From positions 82,309 to 146,308 of the forward strand of contig DHGX01000003.1 in assembly GCA_002402995.1 (NCBI GenBank): 64,000 nt of DNA, written 5' to 3'. Position 1 is the first letter of the stretch; each line of letters starts with the position of its first letter. Shown piece after piece: positions 18,248 to 28,632 of this stretch. Source of the DNA: Patescibacteria group bacterium UBA4787 (lineage in GTDB: Bacteria; Patescibacteriota; Patescibacteriia; UBA2591; UBA4787). Both the position numbers and the translations under genes were made by a program. The notes under the pieces were generated by a model. The model did no database searches, was not told the DNA's origin, and saw only the letters and a program-made list of their open reading frames with translations.

Positions 18248-18656
18248 TATTTATCAGAATTAGTAAATATATATAAATAAGTATTTTTGTTCTTTTTAAT
18301 CTTCATGTTTCATGCTTTTCTGTTTTACGCTTTTCGCTTTACGCTTTTCGCTTCATGTGCTAACTAATTAATTAACCCCCGCGGATAAAATTAATGATAG
18401 CGACTGATCATTGCTGCCATTGATAAAGTCCGTTCAACTTAGCCTCGCCGAAGCTTTAGCGGAGGCGGGACAAAAGGTTGAAGTAAAGGTCGAATCAGAA
18501 TTTGAAGGTTTTTAAGCGGGATATCCCTAAAAATCTTTTTAATTTTAAGGTGGGGTTAGAATATATAATATATAATTTCATTTTTCTTTTTTCTGGCTAA
18601 TAATTAATTTAATTAATTTGGTCAGAGAGAAAGATGATTAAGAGGTTTAATTTATT

Positions 18657-21600
18657 ATGTCAGGTTTAAAGAAATTCGTTGTCGTGAGCGTTACTCTCGC
18701 TTTTGTTCTCGTGCCGCTGTTAGGACCTGCCAGTTTCGCTAATGCCGTCACAATCGTGGATGGCGATTTAGTCAAGACTGCCAGTTCTTCAGCTGTTTAT
18801 TTGATTCAGGGAACCACCAAGAGAGTTATGCCTCACGCTAATGTCTATGCTTCTTGGGGTTTTCCGGCTGATTATTCAACCGTGAAAACCGTTTCCGCTT
18901 CTGACTTAGCCGCTTATACTGATGGCAACGCGGTTCCATTCCGCGATGGTTCATTGTTCCGCGGCACAGCCACTAGCTTAGGAGGCAAAGACAAAACCGC
19001 TGTTTTTTATGTTGAAGGTGCAACATTAAAACCGGTCGTTTCAGAAGCTGTTTATCAGGCTTTATTCAAAGATGCGAATTGGGCGAAAGTCACCTGGGTT
19101 CCAGATGATTTATTGACCAAATTCAGCTACCCAATGGGCGCGGATCTTACTTCCGCGACTACGCACCCGAATGGTGTTTTGATTAAATATAGTAATGATC
19201 CGTCAAAGATTTATTTAATCTCCGGCGGTTCAAAAAGATTATTTTCTTCAACCGCTGCTATAACTGCCAATCGATATAGCCTTTCTAGTGTCATTTCTAT
19301 TGACGCTAACGAAGTTTATGCCGACGGCGAACCGATTACTGGCGTCGAAACCGCGCTTTTAACTGCTGGCTGGGCTGGTGTAACCACCCCTGTTACCGGC
19401 GGTTTAACCGTCAGTTTAGATTCCTCTAATCCAGTTGGCGCCACTCTTCCTCCGACTGCGGCCAACGTTGAACTTTTAAAGGTTCGTTTAACCGCCGGTT
19501 CTACGGCTGTTAATGTTACTGGTATGACCTTTAAGAGAAATGGTATGGGCGCGACTGGCGACTGGACTTCTCTGGCCGTTTATGAAGGTGGCACTCGCTT
19601 GGTTTCTACTGGCAGAGCCATCAGCTCCGATAACCACGAAGTTGAGTTCCCGGTTTTGGCTGTTGCCATTCCGGCTAATTCTTCTAAGGTTGTCGTGTTG
19701 CGCGGTACTGTCAGCAATCCGGGCACAACCGGTGGTCGTCACTATTTCTCCGTGAAAGCAGTGGCTACGACCGCTACCGTTGCCGGTTTACCGGTTAATG
19801 GTAATGAATTTGTTATCGGTGTTACCGGTGGCAGCACTGTGACCGTGGCCGCTGGCTCCTCTCCTTCAAACCCAAATATCGGCGCTCAAGCCGCGGAAAT
19901 TGCCAACTTTAAATTAACCGCTGGCACCAATGATATTGAAGCCAAAGAAGTAGTTTTGACCTTAAGCGGTTCTTTGGCCAGGGCTTCTGTTACCAATCTT
20001 AAGTTATATCAAGAGGCGACTTTGTTGGCTTCGGCCGCGAGCGTTAATTCTAATGATACCGCTACCTTTACTTTGGCCGCGCCTTTCACTATTTTAAAGG
20101 GCGCTAACCGTATTTTCACGGTTAAGGCTGATTTAGGTGGACGCGTCGCCGAAACTTTAACCATTAAAATCGACGATGTTGATCATGTCACCGCCGTTGA
20201 TAAAGTTTCTCTTTATGGCGCCGCGATAACCGGCCCGTCTGTTACTTTGGCTACTGTCATTATGCAAGGCGGCACAGTCACTTTGGCTGATAACGGCCCG
20301 TCTGCCGGCACTATCATCAAGAACAGCCAGGATGTTGTTTTAACCAAATTCTCCATAACCTCAGCCAGACAGGTTGAAGTTAAGAAGTTGAATGTTACTT
20401 TGGTTAGCGACGGCACCAATCTCTTGGATATCGCTGGTAACGCCGTATTAGATACTGATACTATCGCGGATTTAAGAATTAAAGATTTGGACACCGGCGC
20501 GACCGTTGCTTCAAAACCTTTAACTCTTTCTAACTGTGTGGCTGCCACTGGTTGTAAAACCGAAGATGACGCGACCGATACCGCTGGCAATAACACTTGG
20601 CAGTTAACCGATTCTTTCTACTTAACTCCTAATGTTACCCGCCACTTGGCTGTGACTGTTGATATCGGCACTGCCACTCTCTTGGCTAACGAGTATCTTC
20701 GCGCTGATGTTAAATCGGTTGTCCATACTGCTGCCACCGATTACGAATATCGCGATGTCGCTACCGGAGATTACATCAAATTAGCCGACGTTATTCCTGT
20801 TAGCATCTCTGGCGATAACCAAACCATTAAAGCTTCGGCTTTAACTATGAGTTTGGCTTCTACTCCGGTTTCTTCAACCGTGGTTAAGGGCGCTACTGGT
20901 GTTGACGCTCTCGGCGTTGTTTTCACCGCCGGCGATTCCTCCGATATTAGATTAACTTCGCTTCAAGCTCGTGTTTATGTTTCTACGGTTGCTGCTCCTC
21001 GCGCTGACGGCGCTACTACCGGCACCGAAGTTACTACTCCAAACGCCAACATCCTTTCAGCTAAATTGTATGATGGCGACATATTGCTTTCTACGAAGAC
21101 CTTGTCTAATACTAGTGGCAATGCCACTATTGCCCATGATTATGGTAAAGTGACCTTCGATGGTTTGAATGTCATTGTTCCTAAATCCTCCAACAAGAAA
21201 TTAACGATTAAGCTTGATACCAATCAAACTCAATCCGCGGAAATTTTTGTGGCGGTTTCTATTTTGGGCGATGAAGAAGTTACCGATCCCGCTACTGCTG
21301 ACGGCAATATTACTGCTTATGATTCCGATTCTAATACTGTTGACGTTACTTCAAACGTTAATATATTGCACGCTACCAATGCCCCGTCAATTTATATTAA
21401 CGTCAAGTCTGTTGGCACCTTGAATATGGCTACTGACGCGGAAACCCCGATTTCCGACATAGTCTTGAGTGGCGCTACTGGCGTTGCTATCTCCAAGATT
21501 AAATTCACCGCGACCAACGAAACTTGGACCGTGAATAAATTGAGAATTAAGTTAAACACCGCTGCTGCTGAAGGTAGTATTAGTAAAGTTATAATTTCAC

Positions 21601-22544
21601 CTGAAGGCGGTACTGCTGTTGACGGCTATCTTACTACGGTTAGCAGTGTTTCTTACGTCCAATTCTCTAATCTTGGCTGGGTGATTCCGGCTGGCACATC
21701 TAAAGTTTTGACTATCAAGGCTGATCTTAAGGCCATTGATCAAAACTACGCTGAAACCGGCCGCGAAATTAAGCTCGGTGTAATTGATGGCACTGGTACT
21801 ACTGACCAATTTGAGGCTGTGGGTACTTCTCAAACCACTTTATCCGAAGCTAGTTCTACCGGCGACAAATACGGCAATCCGATGTATTTAAGAAAGTCAA
21901 AACCCACAGTTACTAGGACCGCTTTAGACAGCGCCATTTTAGCTGAAGGCACGATGACTCTCTTCAAATTCAACGTGGCCGCTGATGCCGCTGGCGCTGT
22001 TACTCTTAAGAAAGTTGCCTTTGATGTCATTCCGAGCGATGCTTCTTCTGACACTTTGCAGGCCACTACTTGGGCTCTTTATGATTCGGTTGATATGAAT
22101 ACCGCCATAGCTGGTGTTTGGTCCAATGGTTCTGCTTCCAGCACTTCCGGCGCTTGTGCAATCACAGCCGCCGCTCCTGGAACAGTGAGTCTTGAGATGA
22201 CTAATGAGAAAGAAATTGCCGCTGGTTCTTCTAAGACTTTTGTCTTAAAGGGCGTAGTTAGCAATTCTGCTCAATATGATTCAATCATCACTAGATTAAG
22301 CTCTACCAATGACACTGCCGCAAACTTTGTCACTGGTGGCTTGGTTCAAGACACTACTGGCCAAGAGTTGGTGAAGCTTGATACTGGCGCAACTACCAAA
22401 TCCGTTTCGTTCTTATGGTCTGATAAGGCCAGAGGCGTCTACCATGCTTATGGTGATGGCACTTATGGCAGCACTTACTTAGACTGGACAAGCGGTTACC
22501 TGGTTAAGACTTTACCGACCGAGTATAGCGCGCTTTCTAGGTAG
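18657..22544 (+). CDS. S-layer-like major surface protein
   Basis: Signal peptide, Ala/Thr/Val-rich Ig-like repeats, C-terminal DWTSGYLVKTLP, visibly biased codon use, long leader. Confidence 0.8.
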   Translation: MSGLKKFVVVSVTLAFVLVPLLGPASFANAVTIVDGDLVKTASSSAVYLIQGTTKRVMPHANVYASWGFPADYSTVKTVSASDLAAYTDGNAVPFRDGSLFRGTATSLGGKDKTAVFYVEGATLKPVVSEAVYQALFKDANWAKVTWVPDDLLTKFSYPMGADLTSATTHPNGVLIKYSNDPSKIYLISGGSKRLFSSTAAITANRYSLSSVISIDANEVYADGEPITGVETALLTAGWAGVTTPVTGGLTVSLDSSNPVGATLPPTAANVELLKVRLTAGSTAVNVTGMTFKRNGMGATGDWTSLAVYEGGTRLVSTGRAISSDNHEVEFPVLAVAIPANSSKVVVLRGTVSNPGTTGGRHYFSVKAVATTATVAGLPVNGNEFVIGVTGGSTVTVAAGSSPSNPNIGAQAAEIANFKLTAGTNDIEAKEVVLTLSGSLARASVTNLKLYQEATLLASAASVNSNDTATFTLAAPFTILKGANRIFTVKADLGGRVAETLTIKIDDVDHVTAVDKVSLYGAAITGPSVTLATVIMQGGTVTLADNGPSAGTIIKNSQDVVLTKFSITSARQVEVKKLNVTLVSDGTNLLDIAGNAVLDTDTIADLRIKDLDTGATVASKPLTLSNCVAATGCKTEDDATDTAGNNTWQLTDSFYLTPNVTRHLAVTVDIGTATLLANEYLRADVKSVVHTAATDYEYRDVATGDYIKLADVIPVSISGDNQTIKASALTMSLASTPVSSTVVKGATGVDALGVVFTAGDSSDIRLTSLQARVYVSTVAAPRADGATTGTEVTTPNANILSAKLYDGDILLSTKTLSNTSGNATIAHDYGKVTFDGLNVIVPKSSNKKLTIKLDTNQTQSAEIFVAVSILGDEEVTDPATADGNITAYDSDSNTVDVTSNVNILHATNAPSIYINVKSVGTLNMATDAETPISDIVLSGATGVAISKIKFTATNETWTVNKLRIKLNTAAAEGSISKVIISPEGGTAVDGYLTTVSSVSYVQFSNLGWVIPAGTSKVLTIKADLKAIDQNYAETGREIKLGVIDGTGTTDQFEAVGTSQTTLSEASSTGDKYGNPMYLRKSKPTVTRTALDSAILAEGTMTLFKFNVAADAAGAVTLKKVAFDVIPSDASSDTLQATTWALYDSVDMNTAIAGVWSNGSASSTSGACAITAAAPGTVSLEMTNEKEIAAGSSKTFVLKGVVSNSAQYDSIITRLSSTNDTAANFVTGGLVQDTTGQELVKLDTGATTKSVSFLWSDKARGVYHAYGDGTYGSTYLDWTSGYLVKTLPTEYSALSR

Positions 22545-22634
22545 TTTATTTATAGTTCTTTCAAGGTTCGTCGGATCCTTTTTACCAGTCCGTAGTTCCG
22601 ATTCGTTGGAACGAAGGATGGTCTAAAACCGACA

Positions 22635-22672
22635 CCAGAGCCCTCCGATATTTATCGGAGGGCTCTTGGTTT
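22635..22672 (+). terminator. Hairpin/terminator after the S-layer-like gene
   Basis: AGAGCCCTCCGATA-TT-TATCGGAGGGCTCT followed by TGGTTT. Confidence 0.6.
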
Positions 22673-22673
22673 A

Positions 22674-22806
22674 CCCCGTTAGAAGTCTGTTATTTTTTTA
22701 ATCGTCTATCTTCAAAATTTAATCTGGGCATTGCTGGAATACTTTGTTTATTTCATAGCAGAAAAAATTTATTGAAAATTTTTTCTGCCAAAGACTTCTA
22801 ACGGGG
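22674..22806. mobile_element. 133-bp TIR element next to the ileS -35 box
   Basis: CCCCGTTAGAAGTCT...AGACTTCTAACGGGG followed by TTTGACT. Confidence 0.8.
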
Positions 22807-22866
22807 TTTGACTAAATTCTAAAAATATCTAAAATTAATTAGTTAAATAAACTAAGAACGTTATTT

Positions 22867-25713
22867 ATGGAAGAGCAGAAAGGAAAATTCGCGGTCATTG
22901 AGGAAAAGATATTATCTTTTTGGAAAGAAAAAGATATTTTCGCCAAATCTTTAGCGAAAGAATCGCCTAAGGGAAATTTTGTTTTTTTTGAAGGACCGCC
23001 AACCGCCAACGGTAAACCGGGGATTCATCATGTTTTAGCCCGTGTTTTTAAGGATTGTGTTTTGCGTTATAAAACGATGCAGGGCTATCATGTTGAGCGC
23101 AAGGCCGGTTGGGATACGCACGGCTTGCCGGTAGAGCTCCAGGTAGAGAAGGAGATAGGTATTTCTTCCAAACCGGAAATTGAAAAATACGGAATTGATA
23201 AGTTCAACCAAAAGTGCAAAGAAAGCGTTTGGCGTTATAAAGAAGATTGGGAAAAAATGACCGAGCGTATCGCTTATTGGTTGGATATGGAACACCCCTA
23301 CATCACTTACGAAAATTATTATATTGAAACGCTCTGGTGGATAATGAAGCGGATATATGATCAAGGATTGTTGTACCAATCCTATAAAGTTGTTCCTTAT
23401 TGTCCGCGTTGCGGCAGCACTCTTTCTTCGCACGAAGTCGCGCAGGGCTATAAAAACATTAAAGAAGAATCGATTTATTTGAAGTTTAAAGTTAAAGGGC
23501 AAGATAATGCTTATTTATTAGTTTGGACTACCACGCCTTGGACTTTGCCGGGTAATTTAGCCGTGGCTGTCGGGAAGAATATTGATTACGCAGAAGTTAA
23601 TATGGGAGGAGAATTTTATATTTTGGCGAAAAATTTATTAAACAAACTAAAAAACGAATTCGAAATTATCAAAGAATTCAAGGGAGACGAATTAGTCGGC
23701 ATGGAATATGAACCGCTTTACAATATTTATCAAGGCGAACAATATTTTAAAATTTATTCGGCTGATTTTGTTTCTGTGGAAGACGGCACTGGCTTGGTGC
23801 ACATTGCTCCGCATTACGGCGAAGATGATTATAATTTATTTATTGAAAATCATTTGGTTATCCCCGAATTTTTAACCGTGGATAGCCAGGGCAATTTAAT
23901 CGTTGACGCGCCGGGCAAGAATAAATTTGTTAAAGACGCGGATAAAGACATCAAAGACGATCTTGAAAAACGCGGTATTTTGTACGCGGTTGAAGAATAC
24001 AGTCACGACTATCCTTTTTGTTGGCGCTGCGATTCGCCGCTTTTATATTATTCCAAGAAGTCTTGGTTCATCAAAATGACCGCTGTCCAAAACGAGCTTT
24101 TGAAAAACGCCGACGAAATTCATTGGATCCCAGGCCACATTAAAGATGGCCGCTTTGGCGAATGGTTAAGAGGCATTAAAGATTGGGCCATTTCCCGCGA
24201 GAGATATTGGGGCACGCCTTTGCCGATTTGGCGCTGTCAGAAATGCAACGCGTTAAAATGCGTCGGTTCGCAACAAGAGTTGGAAGAAGCGGGTTTTAAA
24301 TTAAGTGATTTGCATCGGCCGCATATTGACGAGGTTAAATTTGCGTGCGACTGCGGCGGAGAAATGATCCGCGAATCCGATGTTTTGGATTGTTGGTTTG
24401 ATGCCGGTTCAATGCCTTTTGCGCAATATCATTATCCTTTTGAAAATAAAAATTTGATAGATGAGGGTGTCACTTATCCGGCTGAATATATTTGCGAGGC
24501 GATTGATCAAACGAGAGGCTGGTTTTATACGCTTTTGGCCATATCCACGCTTTTGGATAAAGGAACTTCTTATAAAAATGTTATTTGTTTGGGCCATATT
24601 AATGACGCGCAAGGAATAAAAATGTCTAAACATTTGGGCAATGTTGTTGATCCGTGGCTGAATATTAATAGATACGGAGTTGATGCTTTGCGTTATCATC
24701 TTTTTACTATGAACCAGCCGGGCGAAAGCAAAAGTTTTGACGAGAAAGACGTGAATGAGGTTGTTAAAAAATTATTATTGATTTTGAGCAATGTAGTTTC
24801 GTTTTATAAGCTTTACGAAGATAAAAATATAATTGACAGAGATTTCCAGCCGCGAAATATTTTAGACCAATGGCTTTATAGCCGTGTTTACGAATTAATC
24901 GACAATATAACTTCAGAAATGGATAAATATGAAATTACCAATGCCGCGCGCAAAATTTCCGAATTTGTTAATGATTTGTCAATTTGGTATGTGCGACGTA
25001 GCCGCGAACGCTTCAAGAACCAAAACCAAAAAGAAAAAACAGAAGCTCTGAATACGTTATATTTTGTTTTAAATTCTCTAACTAAATTAATGGCGCCCTT
25101 TATGCCGCTTATGGCTGAATATTATTATAAAGAATTGGGCGGTGAAAAAGAATCAGTCCACTTAGAAGATTGGCCCACCAAAGAAAAAGTTTTCTTTAAT
25201 CAACAAGTATTAGATGTTATGGATTTGGCCAGAAAAATTGTAGAAGCCGGTTTGGCTAAAAGAGCAGAGGCTGGCATTAAAGTCCGCCAGCCGTTGTTAA
25301 GCTATACCACCAATCTGCCGGTCTTAAGGGGCGTGAAGCAGGAGAAATTTATTCCGCAATTAATTGAAGTTATTAAATCAGAATTAAATATTAAAGAATT
25401 AAAATTTGACAAAGACGAGGCGCTGGATATAACCATTAATGAAGATTTGCGCCTCGAGGGCTTAGCCAGAGATCTAAAAAGGCAAATTAATAATCTTCGC
25501 AAGGAATTGGGTTTAACGGTTAACGATAAAGCAGAAATTCAATATTCTAAGGGCGTAGATATCTTAGAAACTTTACTCGGAGAAAAAAGTTTATATCGCG
25601 CGGAAATAACGAAAGGCACCGGCACCGAAATTAAAATCGCGGAAATTTTGGAAAATCAAGAAGAAGTTGAATTGGAAGGACAAAAATATTTTATTTCGAT
25701 TAATAAGATATAA
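22867..25713 (+). CDS. ileS: Isoleucine--tRNA ligase (IleRS2 type)
   Basis: EGPPTANGKPGIHH, GWDTHGLPVE, WTTTPWTLP, DWAISRERYWGTP, DQTRGWFYTL, KMSKH. Confidence 0.97.
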   Translation: MEEQKGKFAVIEEKILSFWKEKDIFAKSLAKESPKGNFVFFEGPPTANGKPGIHHVLARVFKDCVLRYKTMQGYHVERKAGWDTHGLPVELQVEKEIGISSKPEIEKYGIDKFNQKCKESVWRYKEDWEKMTERIAYWLDMEHPYITYENYYIETLWWIMKRIYDQGLLYQSYKVVPYCPRCGSTLSSHEVAQGYKNIKEESIYLKFKVKGQDNAYLLVWTTTPWTLPGNLAVAVGKNIDYAEVNMGGEFYILAKNLLNKLKNEFEIIKEFKGDELVGMEYEPLYNIYQGEQYFKIYSADFVSVEDGTGLVHIAPHYGEDDYNLFIENHLVIPEFLTVDSQGNLIVDAPGKNKFVKDADKDIKDDLEKRGILYAVEEYSHDYPFCWRCDSPLLYYSKKSWFIKMTAVQNELLKNADEIHWIPGHIKDGRFGEWLRGIKDWAISRERYWGTPLPIWRCQKCNALKCVGSQQELEEAGFKLSDLHRPHIDEVKFACDCGGEMIRESDVLDCWFDAGSMPFAQYHYPFENKNLIDEGVTYPAEYICEAIDQTRGWFYTLLAISTLLDKGTSYKNVICLGHINDAQGIKMSKHLGNVVDPWLNINRYGVDALRYHLFTMNQPGESKSFDEKDVNEVVKKLLLILSNVVSFYKLYEDKNIIDRDFQPRNILDQWLYSRVYELIDNITSEMDKYEITNAARKISEFVNDLSIWYVRRSRERFKNQNQKEKTEALNTLYFVLNSLTKLMAPFMPLMAEYYYKELGGEKESVHLEDWPTKEKVFFNQQVLDVMDLARKIVEAGLAKRAEAGIKVRQPLLSYTTNLPVLRGVKQEKFIPQLIEVIKSELNIKELKFDKDEALDITINEDLRLEGLARDLKRQINNLRKELGLTVNDKAEIQYSKGVDILETLLGEKSLYRAEITKGTGTEIKIAEILENQEEVELEGQKYFISINKI

Positions 25714-25740
25714 AATTTATTTTTTAAATTAAAAATGGGG

Positions 25741-25816
25741 TTGACAAAAGACGATTTTTATGCTATATTTTTAGGTAGAACACAATAGTTCATTAAATAT
25801 TTCATAAAGAAAGGAA
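25741..25816 (+). promoter_or_regulatory. Sigma70 promoter + boxA-like motif + SD
   Basis: TTGACA-17-TATATT, AGTTCATTAA(25787-25796), AAGGAA. Confidence 0.75.
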
Positions 25817-25821
25817 ATGCC

Positions 25822-26340
25822 ATGAGTGTCAGATTTTGGATAAATCAGATGATCAACAAAGGCGCGAGTATCGCAGAGATCGCTCGCGAATATCCCGGCC
25901 CCATTCATCTCAAAGAAACCGCTTTGGCTCTTGCCATCACGCAGCAGCGCAACAGCGTCGTTAGTGAGGCAGAGAGAATCAAAGAACTGACCATGGGTGA
26001 ATCCGATCCTTGGGCTATTCCAGCCAAACAGGCCAGGATGATTTTAGCCATAGCCAAGGGAAGCGTCCAAAGAATCGTCGCTTTGCTCAAGGAGTTAACA
26101 GTCAGCGGTGACGACGTCGAGGAAGTAGCCCAGCTAATCAGCCTGATAACCGGAGATTGGACGGAACAAGCCGTCTTGATTTACAACTTCACTACAAACG
26201 ACGAGACGCGCAACGCTTTAATCGTTCAGGGCGATGAATCTGATCTCATGAATTTCTTGAGGCGCGAGCACATCAAGAAAATTCTGGCCCAGAATCCCAC
26301 CGAGCAAGTCATCTGCGAATCAGAAATAGCGATCCTATAA
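25822..26340 (+). CDS. Hypothetical protein (stand-alone cassette gene)
   Basis: Has its own promoter, SD and terminator; no family recognised. Confidence 0.7.
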   Translation: MSVRFWINQMINKGASIAEIAREYPGPIHLKETALALAITQQRNSVVSEAERIKELTMGESDPWAIPAKQARMILAIAKGSVQRIVALLKELTVSGDDVEEVAQLISLITGDWTEQAVLIYNFTTNDETRNALIVQGDESDLMNFLRREHIKKILAQNPTEQVICESEIAIL

Positions 26341-26355
26341 AAAGGAAAAAATTTA

Positions 26356-26389
26356 AATCCCCGCTTAAAATAAGCGGGGATTTTTTATT
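26356..26389. terminator. Intrinsic terminator between convergent genes
   Basis: AATCCCCGCTTA-AAA-TAAGCGGGGATTTTTT. Confidence 0.8.
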
Positions 26390-26410
26390 GATTTTTTCTG
26401 TTATTTTATT

Positions 26411-27784
26411 TTATGCGCCAAAAAATTTAATTGCTCTGGCTAATTCTTCGTGATCTTTGGCGTATTCGTTAATATCTATCTTTTTCTGATATGCTTCGCA
26501 GGCCTGCAAAACGGCCATGGCGCCGGCCCTGGTGCCATCTGGATGCGCGTGTACGCCCGCGCCCATCGTGGTTATGAAATCAACCGTGCCCATGATATCA
26601 ATAATCGCTTTTAATTTTGTCGGATTAAGCCCGCCGGAAAGAATAGGTGTAGATTTTTGAATGCCACGCCATAATTCATCGTTTAAATTTAAAGAGTTTG
26701 TTTCGTCCTCGGCTTCTATACGAGCTAAATCTTTATCGGCGTGGGAAATTTTTCCCCATTTTTGGGAAAAGAAATATCCCTCGGACTTGAATTTTAAAAG
26801 CGCGTGCGAGGCGACTAAATCTTCGTCCGGACTGCCAGCCATTTTGCCGATCCCTGACGTCCCTACATGAATACCCGAAGCTCCGGCTAATCTGGCGAAT
26901 TTAGCCAAAACTAAATTAGTGAAACCAATCGGATTTTCTTCTCGGGTGAAAGCGCCGTGCATGGCGCGATGGAAGTGCAGAAACACGTCGGGATAGCGCC
27001 GTCTGATGGTTTGAACTGCCGTCCAACCAGCCGTAATTCCATCAACCAAAAAAGCATAACTGCCCGGCTCAAAAGTGTCTTTAATTAAGTCGGCTCTTTT
27101 AATCATTGCGTCAAAATCAGCAGCCGAGATATTGAAGGAATGTATTTTTTTACGTCCGGTTTCTTGGACTGCTTTATCCATTGCTTGTTTGACGTATTTA
27201 ACCATGTGTTCATAGGGGCAAAAATCTTGATCAGCTTGCGGCTCGTCGTTTTTAACGAAGTCGCCACCACCCGACCAAAAATCATAACAGACTTCCGCGT
27301 ATTGAGAAGCGGTTAAGCCCATTTTGGGTTTAATAATTGCGCCCAAGATCGGTCGATCATAAACATCTAAATATTTTCTTAAATTATCAATATTGCGGGC
27401 TGGGCCGTCGTATTGTTCTAACATTTCCGCAGGAAACCACACGTCTAAAAGTTTTAACGCCTTAGCTTCTTTCATGCCGAAAACATTGCCGACGATAAAA
27501 GTTAAGATGTTTTGAATGTTTCCGCCTCGGTCAAATAAACGCCACGGATAGGCGATCCAAACCAAATTCTTTTGTTCATCAACTTTGTAAACTAAGGCGT
27601 CTAAGGAATGGGAAAAATCAGTGGCCGTGCCTACTTCTATGTTCGAGCCGGTTGATGATTCGGCTGCCACTTCGGTGGCCGCGGATAAAAGATCGCCACT
27701 CTCCGGAACTAAGTGAAAAACGGCTAACATATATTGGCCGTTCTGCGGATTATTTAGATCTAATTTAAGATAAGCTTTTTGCAT
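26411..27784 (-). CDS. rbcL: RuBisCO large subunit, form II/III-like
   Basis: AAESSTG, IIKPKMGL, GGDFVKNDEPQ, HFHRAMHG, GKMAG, SGGLNP, GAGVHAHP; ~30-aa insertion before TPILSGG as in form II/III. Confidence 0.9.
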   Translation of the reverse strand: MQKAYLKLDLNNPQNGQYMLAVFHLVPESGDLLSAATEVAAESSTGSNIEVGTATDFSHSLDALVYKVDEQKNLVWIAYPWRLFDRGGNIQNILTFIVGNVFGMKEAKALKLLDVWFPAEMLEQYDGPARNIDNLRKYLDVYDRPILGAIIKPKMGLTASQYAEVCYDFWSGGGDFVKNDEPQADQDFCPYEHMVKYVKQAMDKAVQETGRKKIHSFNISAADFDAMIKRADLIKDTFEPGSYAFLVDGITAGWTAVQTIRRRYPDVFLHFHRAMHGAFTREENPIGFTNLVLAKFARLAGASGIHVGTSGIGKMAGSPDEDLVASHALLKFKSEGYFFSQKWGKISHADKDLARIEAEDETNSLNLNDELWRGIQKSTPILSGGLNPTKLKAIIDIMGTVDFITTMGAGVHAHPDGTRAGAMAVLQACEAYQKKIDINEYAKDHEELARAIKFFGA

Positions 27785-27785
27785 A

Positions 27786-27921
27786 CCAGGTAGTAGAAAT
27801 TTGATTAGTTTTATTATTTAATTTCATAACAAAAATAAATATTGGATTATTCATGGTCAGTATAACGTAAATTACACTTCCTTACCAGTAGAAATAAATA
27901 TATCAAATTTTCACTACCTGG
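27786..27921 (-). mobile_element. 136-bp TIR element on the RuBisCO start codon
   Basis: Minus strand: TATG-CCAGGTAGTGAAAATTTGAT...ATCAAATTTCTACTACCTGG-TATG; the second ATG is the rbcL start. Confidence 0.88.
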
Positions 27922-28062
27922 CATAAATTTTATTTTTAGATTAATTTTAAGCTAATTACATTATATTATTTTTCTCAATAATATTCAACCTTGTTTTAAG
28001 TTGGCAAAAAGAGATTTCCATTGTTTAGTTTATTAAAAAATACGAAAAAATCAAACACCTAG

Positions 28063-28109
28063 AATCAAAAAAGCCAGCTAAAAGCTGACTTTTTTCTGCA
28101 AAAGGGTCG
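28063..28109 (-). repeat. Copy of the tRNA-His downstream terminator; others at 28999-29040, 29380-29448, 39137-39196
   Basis: AATCAAAAAAGCCAGC-loop-GCTGACT(C/T)TT..CTG(T/C)AAAA occurs four times. Confidence 0.85.
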
Positions 28110-28114
28110 ACAAG

Positions 28115-28156
28115 AGAAATTTATTAGAACCTGTTTAAGGGGGTTGGGGGAGTGTT
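28115..28156. repeat. 42-bp direct repeat (1 mismatch) with 37918-37959
   Basis: AGAAATTTATTAGAACCTGTTTAAGG(G/A)GGTTGGGGGAGTGTT. Confidence 0.85.
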
Positions 28157-28191
28157 CGGTGGGGGAGATATGCCGTTAAAACGCGTCCCTC

Positions 28192-28632
28192 TTAATTTTT
28201 GACCTTCCGGTCCTGCTGAAGATTAATCAGGTGAGATTTTAAAAAACGCTCAATACTCTTGATTGCCTGGTCTTTCACTTCAGATGGGCTTTGCGCTATC
28301 CAAATGGCAAAATTATAAAGCTCCTGATTGTCAACTTTCAGCCATTTTTTATTTTTATAAAGAAAATAGAACAAAGTGGTTATGGCGATTCGCTTATTGC
28401 CATTCTGAAAAGGGTGATTTTTATTTAGTAAATAAAAAAGAATAGCCGCCTTGCCGAGCAGTCCTTTATAAAGCGGCTTCTTTTGAAAGGTTTGAAAAGG
28501 CACGGCAACGCAACTCTCTAAAATATTAGGATAACGAGTCTCAAAATCGGGAATTGGCTCGTTGAAGCTCATTGATTCTCGAGCTAATTGAAAGGCAACT
28601 AATTTTATTTGTACCACATTAACGGTTTTCAT
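28192..28632 (-). CDS. Fic/Doc family toxin
   Basis: HPFQNGNKRIA motif; its start overlaps the stop of the upstream HTH gene. Confidence 0.9.
   Translation of the reverse strand: MKTVNVVQIKLVAFQLARESMSFNEPIPDFETRYPNILESCVAVPFQTFQKKPLYKGLLGKAAILFYLLNKNHPFQNGNKRIAITTLFYFLYKNKKWLKVDNQELYNFAIWIAQSPSEVKDQAIKSIERFLKSHLINLQQDRKVKN

Noticed and set aside
18473-18494. AAAGGTTGAAGTAAAGGTCGAA repeat in the S-layer leader as a riboswitch or operator
   Set aside because: Single short occurrence with no recognisable family; not enough support from this window.
10353-22264. Many short antisense or alternate-frame ORFs within the two surface-protein genes
   Set aside because: Shadow ORFs expected from biased codon use; no independent signals or motifs.
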